Part shown: positions 31,529-41,700 of the stretch, piece by piece | Numbering within the stretch: the first letter of the stretch is position 1 | Layout of the letters: each line of letters begins with the position of its first letter | Virus record (IMG/VR): IMGVR_UViG_3300044994_000386 | Span: 22,436-86,435 of that record | Source of the DNA: a virus | Reading direction: 5' to 3' (one strand) | Length of the DNA: 64,000 nt | Notes under the pieces: generated by a model | Told to the model about the DNA's origin: nothing | Database searches by the model: none | The model's input: the letters and a program-made list of their open reading frames with translations, nothing else | Program-made: the position numbers and the translations under genes

Positions 31529-31559
31529 AAAAAACCCACTAAAATTAGTGGGTTTTTTT
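31529..31559. terminator. Bidirectional terminator
   Basis: AAAAAACCCACTAA-aa-TTAGTGGGTTTTTT. Confidence 0.75.
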
Positions 31560-33006
31560 ATAACTCAATTGAGTTGATTCGGTTGTATAAGGCTCGTTTG
31601 TCTTCCTCCATCATTTTCATGATGTCAAAGACTCTATCAGAGAAACCAGCTAAAGCAAATACTTTAGGCTCTGGGAATTGAAGAGTTCCATATCCTTGTA
31701 AGTCCCAAGAGTAAACATAAGGATTACAGTTGAACTTCTTCTTGTAGTCGGCAAACTGAGCAGTGGGTGTATTGTAGCCAATCCAGCCCTGCATATCTGA
31801 TAAGATAATTACTCTATCATAAGATTTATTAGCCTTAATGAATATATCTTTGAAGTTAGTTCCACCACCTGAAAAATTGAACTTACTACGGATAGTAAAA
31901 ATAGAATCCATTGGATTATATTCAATGTAGCTAGCATAATTCGCAAAAGTCATAACATCACAGCTATTAGCTTTAGCAATCATAGCACCAAATAGAGATG
32001 CAATTTCAGAAGGACGACCACTCATAGAACCAGATACGTCAATGACAACCAAAGTTTCGCCATTAAATCTTGGAACATTTACTACCGAAAAATCTAAAGC
32101 TTTATTGATGGCAACCAATACTTTACGAACTTCAGATGAAGAGCCAAGTTTTGAGACTTCTTCATAAGCAGTCGAAAAACGGAAAGGTAGAACTTTAGAT
32201 TTTCGAATCATTGATTCGTCAATTAAAAGAGTACAAGCTGCATCTACCACTGATGGTGCCTGAGAAATAATATTTCTCAAGTTTTTCAAAAGAGCAAAGT
32301 AACCAATCTTACGAGTTTGAATTAACTCAGACCATGCATCGGCTTTAAGTTGACTTAATTCTTCTTCGTTAGAAGCATTTTGACCAGCCTGAGAAAGCAT
32401 AGCCTCCCAAGTATCAGTGTTTTTTAATTTACCGCTGATCAAGGCTTTCAAAGCTTCGGAATTTTTCTCGGTAGGAACCGGATGAACCAAGTTTACCACG
32501 TCAACTAATTTGAATTTTTTAGATTCACCTTTGTACTTAGCCAATTGATAAGTATCAAACTTATCGAAAGCTTTAGCAAATCCTTTTTTTAAAGAATTTG
32601 GAAATTTAGGTTTATTCTTATCGGTTTTGTAGTTAACATAGTAAGACATAATTTCAGTCATATCATCAACACGACTAACAACCTTATTATAAAAATTTTT
32701 AGACCATTCTTGACCAGAGATATATAATGCTAATTCAGCGGCAAGTACATGAGTAATACTTCTCATTCCGAATTCATCACGAGCAAAAATAGCAGCTTTA
32801 GCCGCAAATTTAGGATCAACTTTAGATAAGAGAGCCTTTAAATCGTCAATTGATTGGTCAGCCGATCGGTAAAACTGGTTGTTAACAAATGATGTCAACA
32901 ACAAAGAAACAAGAGACAGTTCATCAGTTTTGCGATAGGCTTCACCACCAGCAAGATTAATTGTTTTTGTTTTTGGTTTTGATTCTGTTTTGTTAAACTT
33001 TGACAT
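31558..33006 (-). CDS. Ro60/Rsr-like TROVE-domain RNA-binding protein with vWA domain; likely start 33006 (MSKFNK)
   Basis: NLAGGEAY, AR.EFGMRS, RVDDMTE, FDTYQLAKY, LVHP, TWE, ALLKNLRN, LPFRF, DVSGSM (MIDAS), GGT, ILSDMQ. Confidence 0.92.
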   Translation of the reverse strand: MSKFNKTESKPKTKTINLAGGEAYRKTDELSLVSLLLTSFVNNQFYRSADQSIDDLKALLSKVDPKFAAKAAIFARDEFGMRSITHVLAAELALYISGQEWSKNFYNKVVSRVDDMTEIMSYYVNYKTDKNKPKFPNSLKKGFAKAFDKFDTYQLAKYKGESKKFKLVDVVNLVHPVPTEKNSEALKALISGKLKNTDTWEAMLSQAGQNASNEEELSQLKADAWSELIQTRKIGYFALLKNLRNIISQAPSVVDAACTLLIDESMIRKSKVLPFRFSTAYEEVSKLGSSSEVRKVLVAINKALDFSVVNVPRFNGETLVVIDVSGSMSGRPSEIASLFGAMIAKANSCDVMTFANYASYIEYNPMDSIFTIRSKFNFSGGGTNFKDIFIKANKSYDRVIILSDMQGWIGYNTPTAQFADYKKKFNCNPYVYSWDLQGYGTLQFPEPKVFALAGFSDRVFDIMKMMEEDKRALYNRINSIEL

Positions 33007-33100
33007 ACTATATAAATTTATTTTGTTTTCTATAGACAAGGACTCGTAGAAATCATTATTGGCTTTTGAATCATGCGAGTGTATAAAACTCAATCTATAC

Positions 33101-33143
33101 AAAAAAAAAATCAGAGTTACTTAAACTAAATAACTCTGATTAC
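33101..33143 (-). terminator. Intrinsic terminator upstream of the Ro60 CDS (attenuator-like)
   Basis: AATCAGAGTTA / 11-nt loop / TAACTCTGATT followed by T8 on the - strand. Confidence 0.8.
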
Positions 33144-33159
33144 AAATATATATATAAAA

Positions 33160-33456
33160 TTAGACAAATAGGAAAAGCTAGTTGAGCTTTTTTTTATATT
33201 TAACTTTATCTAAATAAAAGTTAAAAAATAGTTGATTGATTTTTAGGTCTATCATCAAAACCCCAATCTTTGGTTCATTTTGGTCAGAACTGCTATTCGT
33301 AGCAAACGTCTATTTTTTTTTAATCTTCCTCTCCAAAGTATTAAGTTTTTTTTTGGATATAGAAGCATCTAAAACCATAGATAGTTTTTAGAACTTTCAT
33401 GATAGTTTTGAATTTTTCTTATCGAAGTAACTCATCCTATCACCATATTTGTCTAA
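33160..33456 (-). ncRNA. Candidate long Y-like RNA (~297 nt)
   Basis: Ends pair (TTAGACAAATA / TATTTGTCTAA); motif TGGTGA-TAGGATGAGT-TACTTCG pairs with GCTCAACTA; several internal hairpins; adjacent to Ro60. Confidence 0.65.
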
Positions 33457-33468
33457 TAATTTTAACAT

Positions 33469-33540
33469 GTAATCAGAGTAAGTTTTAGAAAAGTATTTTT
33501 CTATGCACGCGAAGTAACTTTTCTAATCACTACTGATTTT
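33469..33540 (-). ncRNA. Candidate minimal Y-like RNA / Ro60-binding element (~70 nt)
   Basis: AATCAG/CTGATT closing stem, TTAGAAAAGT/ACTTTTCTAA inner stem, same TAGTGA-N10-TACTTCG motif; begins right after a promoter. Confidence 0.65.
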
Positions 33541-33544
33541 ATTG

Positions 33545-33570
33545 TTATACATAAGGTTTTTAAAAAGTTT
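33545..33570 (-). promoter_or_regulatory. AAAC-N17-TATAA promoter for the Y-like RNA/Ro60 unit
   Basis: AAAC TTTTTAAAAACCTTATG TATAA; motif recurs at seven other loci. Confidence 0.6.
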
Positions 33571-33676
33571 ACAAAAATAATAATTTTTTTTAATAATTTG
33601 TACATATATATATGAACATATAAAATTTAATTTTTTTTAAAGTGGATTTTTTATAGTCCATTTTCTATATACTTTA

Positions 33677-36235
33677 TTAAGATCCACATGCTAAACATTC
33701 TCCAGGTTCCGAATCTAAGCTACAAGCAATTTCCGACATTTGATCTTCTACTGACTTAGGCTTTTCTTCTTTTTGTACAGTAAACTTAACAGCATCAGCA
33801 GCACTCTTAGTTCTGAAATAATACATACCGGTTTTTAGATTGGTTCTTTTGTCGCGATAAAATTTTGGATTACCGGATTTATCATAAACTACTTCAATGG
33901 TCGGATCTTTAGGAATGACAACTTGGCCTTTTTCATCAGTGATTAGATTTCTACGTCCCCAACCATAAAAATGCATTGATGTTAGCTTTCCGAAGTTAGC
34001 ATTATCCATAAATATATTCATTGATTGTGTTTGGTCAATAAAAGCACCTCTATCAGCCGCCATATCAATAACATCTTTTTGTTTAATTTCCCAAACTGTC
34101 TTGAATATTTCTTTAAGATTAACTGGAATTTCAGGTACATTTTGAACAGAACCGTTAGAAGCAATGATTTTATTCCTAACCGAATCTGACCAGATTCCAA
34201 GTTTAACTAATTCTTTCACAAGATATTTGTTTACATTTATAAACTCACCTGAAAGTACACGTCTTACATAAAGGTTTGAAGTTTGTGCTTCACAGGATGC
34301 TTCATTTCCTAAAATAGAAGCGGTTGATGCAGTTGGCATAATACATGTTGTTAAAGAGTTTCTAACGCCAAATTTTTTAATATCTTCTCTTAATTTTTTC
34401 CAATCCCATCTATCTGTTGGTGTGACACCCCATAAATCAAATTGGAATTTACCTTTAGAAATAGGGGATCCCTCATATGAAGCATAAGGACCCTTTTCTT
34501 TAGCTAAGTCACAAGAAGCCCTCATCGCTGAATAATAGATAGTTTCAAATATCTCTTTATTCAACTTTTTAGCTTCATCAGAATCATAAGGTAAATTTAA
34601 TAAGAAGAAAACATCGGCTAATCCTTGAACACCTAAACCAATTGGTCTGTGTAAGAAGTTTGAGAATTTAGCAGAAGGCGATGGATAATAATTAACATCG
34701 ATTACATTATTCAAGTTAATTGTTGCCGAGTAAGCCACTTCATATAATTTCTTGAAGTTATAAGTTTTGTTTTTATTAACAAATTTAGACAAAGAAATTG
34801 ATGCTAAGTTACATACAGCAGTTTCATTTACATATTCTTTACCATAAAATTCACCTAAGCCTAAAGATTCAAGTAAAGATTTATTCTGAAGAACTTTACT
34901 TTGAAATTTAGTAACACCAGTTGCTTCTACAATTTCAGCACAAAGATTTGAACTACGTATAATACCAATATTTGATTGATTTGATTTTTCATTGATAGCA
35001 TCTTTATATAAGATATATGGTGTACCGGTCTCAACTTGTGATTCAAGAATTTTGTTCCATAATTCACGAGCTTTAATAGTCTTTTTGCCACGACCTTCAG
35101 ACTCATATTTTAAGTAAAGTTTTCTAAACTCTTGACCATAAGTCTCGGTCAAACCTGTACATTCGTGTGGACACATCAAAGTCCAATCTTCGTCTAAGTC
35201 AACTCTTTCCATGAAAAGATCATTCATCCAAATAGCTAAGAAAAGGTCACGAGCACGTAATTCCTCTTTACCTTGATTTTTTCTTAAATCTAAAAATTCG
35301 AAGATGTCGGAGTGCCAAGGTTCAATATAAATAGCAATTGATCCTTTACGTTTTCCACCACCTTGGTCTACCGCACGAGCCGTCTCGTTGTAGATTTTCA
35401 AAAATGGAATAATACCATTGGAAGTCCCATTTGTACCAGCAATGTAAGATCCTTTGGCTCTAACTTTAGAGAATGAAATACCAATACCACCAGCATTTTT
35501 TGAAATCTGTGCTGACTCTTTTAAGGTGTTAAAGATTCCTTCAATTGAATCTTGTTCAACATCTAATAAGAAACAAGATGATAATTGTGGCCTGATAGTG
35601 CCTGAGTTGAATAAAGTAGGTGTCGCGTGAGTATAATATCCTTCCGATAGTAAATTATAAGTTTCAATTACCTTAGGAATATTTTCGCCCCATATCTGAA
35701 TTGCGGTTCTCATGTACATATATTGAGGTCTCTCTGCGACTTTACCATTGATTTTCAATAAGTAAGATTTTTCCAAAACTTTATATCCAAAATACTCAAA
35801 GTTATGATCTCTCGAGTGGACTATTGCTGAATCTAACTCATCAGCATGTTTTTGTACTATTTTGTAAAAACTTTCTGAAATTATGGGTGAGTGTTTACCA
35901 GTTTTCGGATTCACATAATTATATAAATCTCCCATTGTTTCGGAGAAACTTTTTTTAGTTTCTTTGTGTAGACTAGTTATTGCTAATCTAGATGCTAAAA
36001 TTGCATAATCTGGATGTTTTGTTGTTAGTGATGCCGCAGTCTCCATTGCAAGTTTGTCTAGAACCCTTGTTTCAACATCAGGAGTAATTCCTTCGATTAC
36101 TTTTTGTGCAACTTCAAAAGGAACGATCCATTTTGTGTCCAAACCATATGTCTGTTGATTAATGCGTTCTAAGATTTTATCTAACATCAAGGGTTCTTTT
36201 TTACCATTTCGTTTTGTTACTTTTATCATACTCAT
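33677..36235 (-). CDS. nrdA: Ribonucleotide reductase class Ia alpha subunit with ATP cone
   Basis: VTKRNG, ATPTLFN, LSSCFL, SNLCAEI, VCNLAS, MPTAS, TGMYY, C-terminal CLAC. Confidence 0.97.
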   Translation of the reverse strand: MSMIKVTKRNGKKEPLMLDKILERINQQTYGLDTKWIVPFEVAQKVIEGITPDVETRVLDKLAMETAASLTTKHPDYAILASRLAITSLHKETKKSFSETMGDLYNYVNPKTGKHSPIISESFYKIVQKHADELDSAIVHSRDHNFEYFGYKVLEKSYLLKINGKVAERPQYMYMRTAIQIWGENIPKVIETYNLLSEGYYTHATPTLFNSGTIRPQLSSCFLLDVEQDSIEGIFNTLKESAQISKNAGGIGISFSKVRAKGSYIAGTNGTSNGIIPFLKIYNETARAVDQGGGKRKGSIAIYIEPWHSDIFEFLDLRKNQGKEELRARDLFLAIWMNDLFMERVDLDEDWTLMCPHECTGLTETYGQEFRKLYLKYESEGRGKKTIKARELWNKILESQVETGTPYILYKDAINEKSNQSNIGIIRSSNLCAEIVEATGVTKFQSKVLQNKSLLESLGLGEFYGKEYVNETAVCNLASISLSKFVNKNKTYNFKKLYEVAYSATINLNNVIDVNYYPSPSAKFSNFLHRPIGLGVQGLADVFFLLNLPYDSDEAKKLNKEIFETIYYSAMRASCDLAKEKGPYASYEGSPISKGKFQFDLWGVTPTDRWDWKKLREDIKKFGVRNSLTTCIMPTASTASILGNEASCEAQTSNLYVRRVLSGEFINVNKYLVKELVKLGIWSDSVRNKIIASNGSVQNVPEIPVNLKEIFKTVWEIKQKDVIDMAADRGAFIDQTQSMNIFMDNANFGKLTSMHFYGWGRRNLITDEKGQVVIPKDPTIEVVYDKSGNPKFYRDKRTNLKTGMYYFRTKSAADAVKFTVQKEEKPKSVEDQMSEIACSLDSEPGECLACGS

Positions 36236-36330
36236 AATTTTCTATTTTTGTGTTTTTATATATCGCCTATATTTGTTAATTTTTTACTCGATTTTGATTT
36301 TTTTTAAGATTTTTTATAGTGTCATTTTTT

Positions 36331-37260
36331 TTATAAAAAATCGATGTTATTTAGCTTATTTAAATTATGTTTAAACTTAGTGTTATTAAGGATTTTAGTG
36401 ATATCTGACAATTTTACATAATAAATATTTTCAAAAGAATCTACTTTATACATTGATTCTTCATAATTAGTTTCTAACACAACGCCAGTAACATGAATAG
36501 GATTACCTTCAATATCTTTAGATAAGAACTCAATTTCAGTACCTTCAAAAATATTACGGTTCATAACTTCTTTCGAATATGATTGTTTACCGATGTGATC
36601 TTGTAATTCTGCTATGATCATCATACGCCATTTATTATCTAAAAGTTTAAACATATTAAATAAATTGTCAGAAAAATAAACCGCCAATTCATTAAATAAT
36701 TCTACATTACTAAAATTTTCAGATTTTAGATGTGTCTTTAGAAGGTAGTAATAATTGTTAAAGTCTGTTTTAGAAGGCTTTCTCCTATTATTTGTAAAAT
36801 TCAAATCAGTATGTGTAGATAAAACTTCATAGACTTTTTCTTTAACTCTTTTTTGTTTAATGTAGTTTTCGTTATCTACAGATTCAAACCAATAATTAGA
36901 AGATTTATCTACTTCAAATGTCTCATTGAAGTACATTGAGGATCCTTCACCCTCACCTTCTTGTATTGGTTCTTCTTTTCTTCCTTTAAATATTGAATCA
37001 TACTTTAACGAGTGTTTACCCTCAAGAGAGTGTTTTGATAAAATAATGTCATTACTTTCGGTTTCAAGTTCATCTTCTTTGCTCAGATCAAATTCTAAAT
37101 CATCCTCATCAATTTCAATAACCAAATCACTTGATTCATCATCCGAATCTATAAAATCATGAATAACATTATCAATTTGGTCTTCATATGATTCTTGATT
37201 ATCATTTTCATCCGGAGTAAAGTCTAACTCCTTTTCAATGTTATTTTTCTTTTTAGTCAT
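36331..37260 (-). CDS. Hypothetical protein with acidic N-terminus
   Basis: 309 aa between helicase and nrdA. Confidence 0.7.
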   Translation of the reverse strand: MTKKKNNIEKELDFTPDENDNQESYEDQIDNVIHDFIDSDDESSDLVIEIDEDDLEFDLSKEDELETESNDIILSKHSLEGKHSLKYDSIFKGRKEEPIQEGEGEGSSMYFNETFEVDKSSNYWFESVDNENYIKQKRVKEKVYEVLSTHTDLNFTNNRRKPSKTDFNNYYYLLKTHLKSENFSNVELFNELAVYFSDNLFNMFKLLDNKWRMMIIAELQDHIGKQSYSKEVMNRNIFEGTEIEFLSKDIEGNPIHVTGVVLETNYEESMYKVDSFENIYYVKLSDITKILNNTKFKHNLNKLNNIDFL

Positions 37261-37283
37261 AAACGATTTATTATTTTTTTTTA

Positions 37284-38624
37284 TTAAACGATATCTAAAA
37301 AGACATCGTTTTCAAGTGTGAGATAAGTAGGATTTAAATTCAATCTAACTTGTGATTTTAAAAAATCACCATCTCTTTGTTTTAGTAATTTAAAACGATA
37401 GAGATTTTGTCTTTTCATCTCTTCAGTTCTTATTATAGCAAAAAATGTATCTGCTGTTTCGGCAATCGCTTTAGATTCCGGTACTTGTTCAAGTGTGATA
37501 TTATTAGAGTTCCAAGCATCTTTCGAAACTTGTACTCCAGTAATTACCGGACACTTATATTTAGCACCAATTGCGCGAAGCCCTTCGGCTAATGATTTGC
37601 CTTTAGAATAAAGATTATCACTAGCAATACCCTTTGATGATGCGATTAATGTAATATAATCTACAATAACCAAATCGATTTTAATTCCTTTTTTATCCTT
37701 TAGCTTTGTTAAGTAGTTATCAAAATCATTTATGGTTGCGGTACCAGCTGCCCAAAACTTAGTGATAATTTTCCCAACTTTTTTCTCAAAAAGGTCACCA
37801 CCAAAACCAGAAGATTGATTTTTGAGAGCTTCAATTTTCTTTTTAATAAGTTCTGTGTCTTTAGAAACCTTGTCATATTCATTAATTGGAATTTTAAGTC
37901 TCATGGAACCAATTCTTTTCATTACTTTACGCTCACTCATCTCAAGTGTTATGTAGAGAACATTATAGCCTAAATCAGCAGATCTGGTGGCAAAGTTTTG
38001 CATCCAAAGTGATTTACCATTATTAGTTTCAGCCATGATTACATTTAGTGTCATTATATCCCAACCCCCGCCTAATATATGGTCTAGAGTTTCGAAGCCA
38101 GACCTAACCTTATATTTAGCACTATCTTGAACATGTGATTCTGGATCATCAAAATCGGCTCCTAAGTCATCTTCTTTAATGAAGTTTATATTAGCCATAT
38201 TATCAACAATTTCTTTAATTTTATTAGCTGATACAACAATTGATTCGAAGTCAGTGATTTGATCTAAATTTCTTATTTCATCAATGATATTAACTGTACC
38301 GCTTTTAAGTCTATTGGCTAAAATCCAAGCATTAAGTTTCGGAACAATAAAATTTTCTTCGTGGTATTTGGATAAATTAACACTCAACATTGCTTTTAAA
38401 ATACTTGGAGTGATGATTCCATCCTTATCTTCCAAAGAAACCATTTCTAAAATTTGTTTTGGCGAGGGTACATCCACATCTGAATTTTTTAACATATATT
38501 TGCGAATGATATTATAAACCAATTCGATTTCTTTATTTTTGAAAAAATAAGATTCTACGATTTCAAAATATCTTTTATTTTCAATGATGTAATTAAAAAA
38601 AATCTTTTCAAGTGAAACTGTCAT
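37284..38624 (-). CDS. Replicative helicase, gp41/DnaB-like
   Basis: AETNNGKS, YITLEM, IVDYI, ESKAIAETAD, KQRDG. Confidence 0.92.
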   Translation of the reverse strand: MTVSLEKIFFNYIIENKRYFEIVESYFFKNKEIELVYNIIRKYMLKNSDVDVPSPKQILEMVSLEDKDGIITPSILKAMLSVNLSKYHEENFIVPKLNAWILANRLKSGTVNIIDEIRNLDQITDFESIVVSANKIKEIVDNMANINFIKEDDLGADFDDPESHVQDSAKYKVRSGFETLDHILGGGWDIMTLNVIMAETNNGKSLWMQNFATRSADLGYNVLYITLEMSERKVMKRIGSMRLKIPINEYDKVSKDTELIKKKIEALKNQSSGFGGDLFEKKVGKIITKFWAAGTATINDFDNYLTKLKDKKGIKIDLVIVDYITLIASSKGIASDNLYSKGKSLAEGLRAIGAKYKCPVITGVQVSKDAWNSNNITLEQVPESKAIAETADTFFAIIRTEEMKRQNLYRFKLLKQRDGDFLKSQVRLNLNPTYLTLENDVFLDIV

Positions 38625-38746
38625 GTGGTATGTTTATTTTTATACTTAATTATATTATTAAGTAAATTTAAGTTTATTATATATACTTCACCAAAATCAT
38701 GACTTCTTCTACATCTTATAAAATTTTAGAGAATTATTGAATCAAT

Positions 38747-41700
38747 TTAAATTATTTTTATTAAAAATTGTGACAAGAATTTAATCTTATATGAATCGAG
38801 TGGATTTTCACAAAGATCTGACCAAACAATCTCTTTTATATAATTTTTTAAATAATATCCATCAATTCTATTCTTTGATGCGAATTCATATATATATTCT
38901 GCTACTTTAGATTTGATTTGATCACCAGCATCGTATCTCAAAAATTGTTTTATTAGATAGAAACCGTTATCTGTATAACCATTTATGTAACTTTTAAGTG
39001 ATTGATAGTCTTCTTGATCATATTCTTTAACAAAGTCTTTTAAAATTAATAAAGAGTCAAAAATAGAACCACATAAGCTATAGAAGAACATACACAATTT
39101 AAAGTATTTTATTATAGTCATAATCTCAATTGAATTAGTATCTATACTTGAATATAAACCTTTAGCGCAAGATAAGATAAAATCTATTATATTTGAAGTA
39201 TTACCTCTATAATTCCAACTAGAACTAGACTCTAATTCTTCAAATGCCTTATTAAATATTTCACTATAAAATTCCATGTAATTTTCATCTGGTATCTTTT
39301 CTGCGACATCATTAATAAAGACATATCGACTACTTTTTTCTTTTTGCAAGTTGTGAATAGTCTCTGCTAACTTAATTCTTTTGGATTTCAGATCCTGTGG
39401 CGCATTTGATTTATTAATTAGATTTAATATTCTTTTGAAAATAGAAGATTTAAAATTTTCCAAGTAATCGAAAGCACAGACCCAAGAGGTGGATTCTTTG
39501 TCGACATTGATATCAAATACTTCTGCGTCAAGTTGTGTTACCCATATTTTATTATTATATTGAAAAAATATTGAAGATAAGTCTGAATTTTGAGATGGTG
39601 ATACTACTTGATACATAGGGTAAGAAATAAAATCTACTTGATTATCTCCTCTATAATCTATTACTTTTAATTCATTCGAGAATGAACCTATAATTATAAT
39701 TGGTGATGTATCAGGTGTAAAAGTTTCTGATTTCAAACCTTTAACTAATTTAAGGACGCTTGATTTATAAGATTTAATATCAATCCACTTATCTAACGGA
39801 TCTATTTTATCACCTGTGTAGGCAACTATTACATCGACTACCATGCCGCTTAATATTGGACCAAAAGTTTCATGATTCTCCATTTTAGATTTAGGTATCC
39901 AGTCTTTAACAATATCGTTATAAACACAATTTGATTTCAAAAATCTTTCTGATAAATGATTACAAATTACAGTTAGTTCTTCATTTACCCAAGAATCAAC
40001 ATCAATTGCCCAAACCGCTTTGTTTTTTGGTATCCATTTCTTTAAGTAATCTGACCACGTATAATTTTTTATATCACTCCCACCTTTTGTATCTTGTATA
40101 AACCTAACTAGATACCCATTATAAGAATCCATATCATCTTTATTATATTTATTTGAGACAAAGCCTGAACCAGTTAATTGACCATTTTCATCAAGTTCTT
40201 GATATAGATAACACATCGTATCGGCATACGGATATAGATTTTCTACCGCCTTTTTAAGACTACATCTCATAACACTACTATTACCTTTGTAGTGTGATGG
40301 CATATTATTTGGATTATCATTACCAATATTTTTCAAAGCCCAATTATAAACAAAATCAAAATCAGAATCTTGAATTGTATAAATTCTATCTAGATAAATT
40401 CTACCATCATCTAATTCCCAAAATAGGGCTCTCGCAATTAATTTATCAAATTGCTTTAAAATTATCATTGATATCTTGTCTGGATTGTCTGCATATATTC
40501 TCAAAAATTCAGACCTCTTAGCATGTCTCATGCAAGAGTTACCTAATGTACCACTATTTTTGAAATAGTTACTTTCATTATACCAATATATAATATCATC
40601 ACCTTTAACAATCTCAATTTCTCTACCCACACCATGTTTCATATCCCAAATTGCCTTGAATTGATTAACAAATGTTTCAATATCCGATTCGGTAAAAGAA
40701 TAACCATTATCTTTAAGAATCTGACGAATCATTCTACCAATCTTTGCTTTACTCTTAGTTTTTGATTCTAAATTTTCTCCCTTTTCTATGAATCTTAGGT
40801 ACTGATTATCTGGAATGAATGATATTTCATCATTTTTATCGGATTGATCTATATAGTTATATTTAGTCTTGATATCTTTTTTGTAATCAATAATATTATA
40901 TATCTCATCAGCAATTTTATTGTCCGATGGCATATCATTTATTATATCTTTAAATTCCTTACTAGTAACTAACAATGATTCGATGAGTAAATCTAGCGAA
41001 TAATTTTTATCTAAAGAATGAGTATATTTTTTTATTTGTGATTTATCTAAGTCTTGTGTAATTTTATCTTTTTTAAGATTGAATTTATCACCTAACTTTT
41101 TTATCATGTAATCAATTCCTTTTTTTGTAATTATAGTCAAAACACCAACTCCTATAGATAAAAAGTTGCTTTGTAAAGTATCTAGATTTAAGTTATACTT
41201 ATCTACAAATAAAGCAATTACATTCATAGATGGAACTAATAAAGAAGTATAAGCAAATATATCGATGAACCCATTGATGGTATTATACACATTTTTGAAG
41301 ATAATTTTAATTAAGTTACCAATAGCTATTAGAGATTTAACAACCTTTTTTACAATACCATTGCCAATACCCCTTAGTTTTAATTCCATTAATAAAGACT
41401 GAGCATTTTCTTTAATTTCTTGATCTGATATATCAAGATTCATTTTAGTGCTCTTATTTTTTCTTTCTTCTAAATAAGAAATCACAACAGCTGTGATGGT
41501 AAGTAACACGATATTTTCCTTTCTGGGTTCTATACTTAGATTACTATTATCGATTAACTCATTTATGATAGGATATATTGCTGCTATACCATTACCGAAT
41601 TTAGTAATTAGTGTAAAATTTAATCCCAAATCGCTAAAAACTTTGTTTAAAATTTGCCTACAGCCATAGTCTTGTTTTTTATCTTCATTGATCGGTGGAT

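Noticed and set aside
33007-33102. ORF-track N-terminal extension of Ro60 from TTG 33102
   Set aside because: Starts inside the terminator U tract and spans a structured region; MSKFN at 33006 is the family-like start
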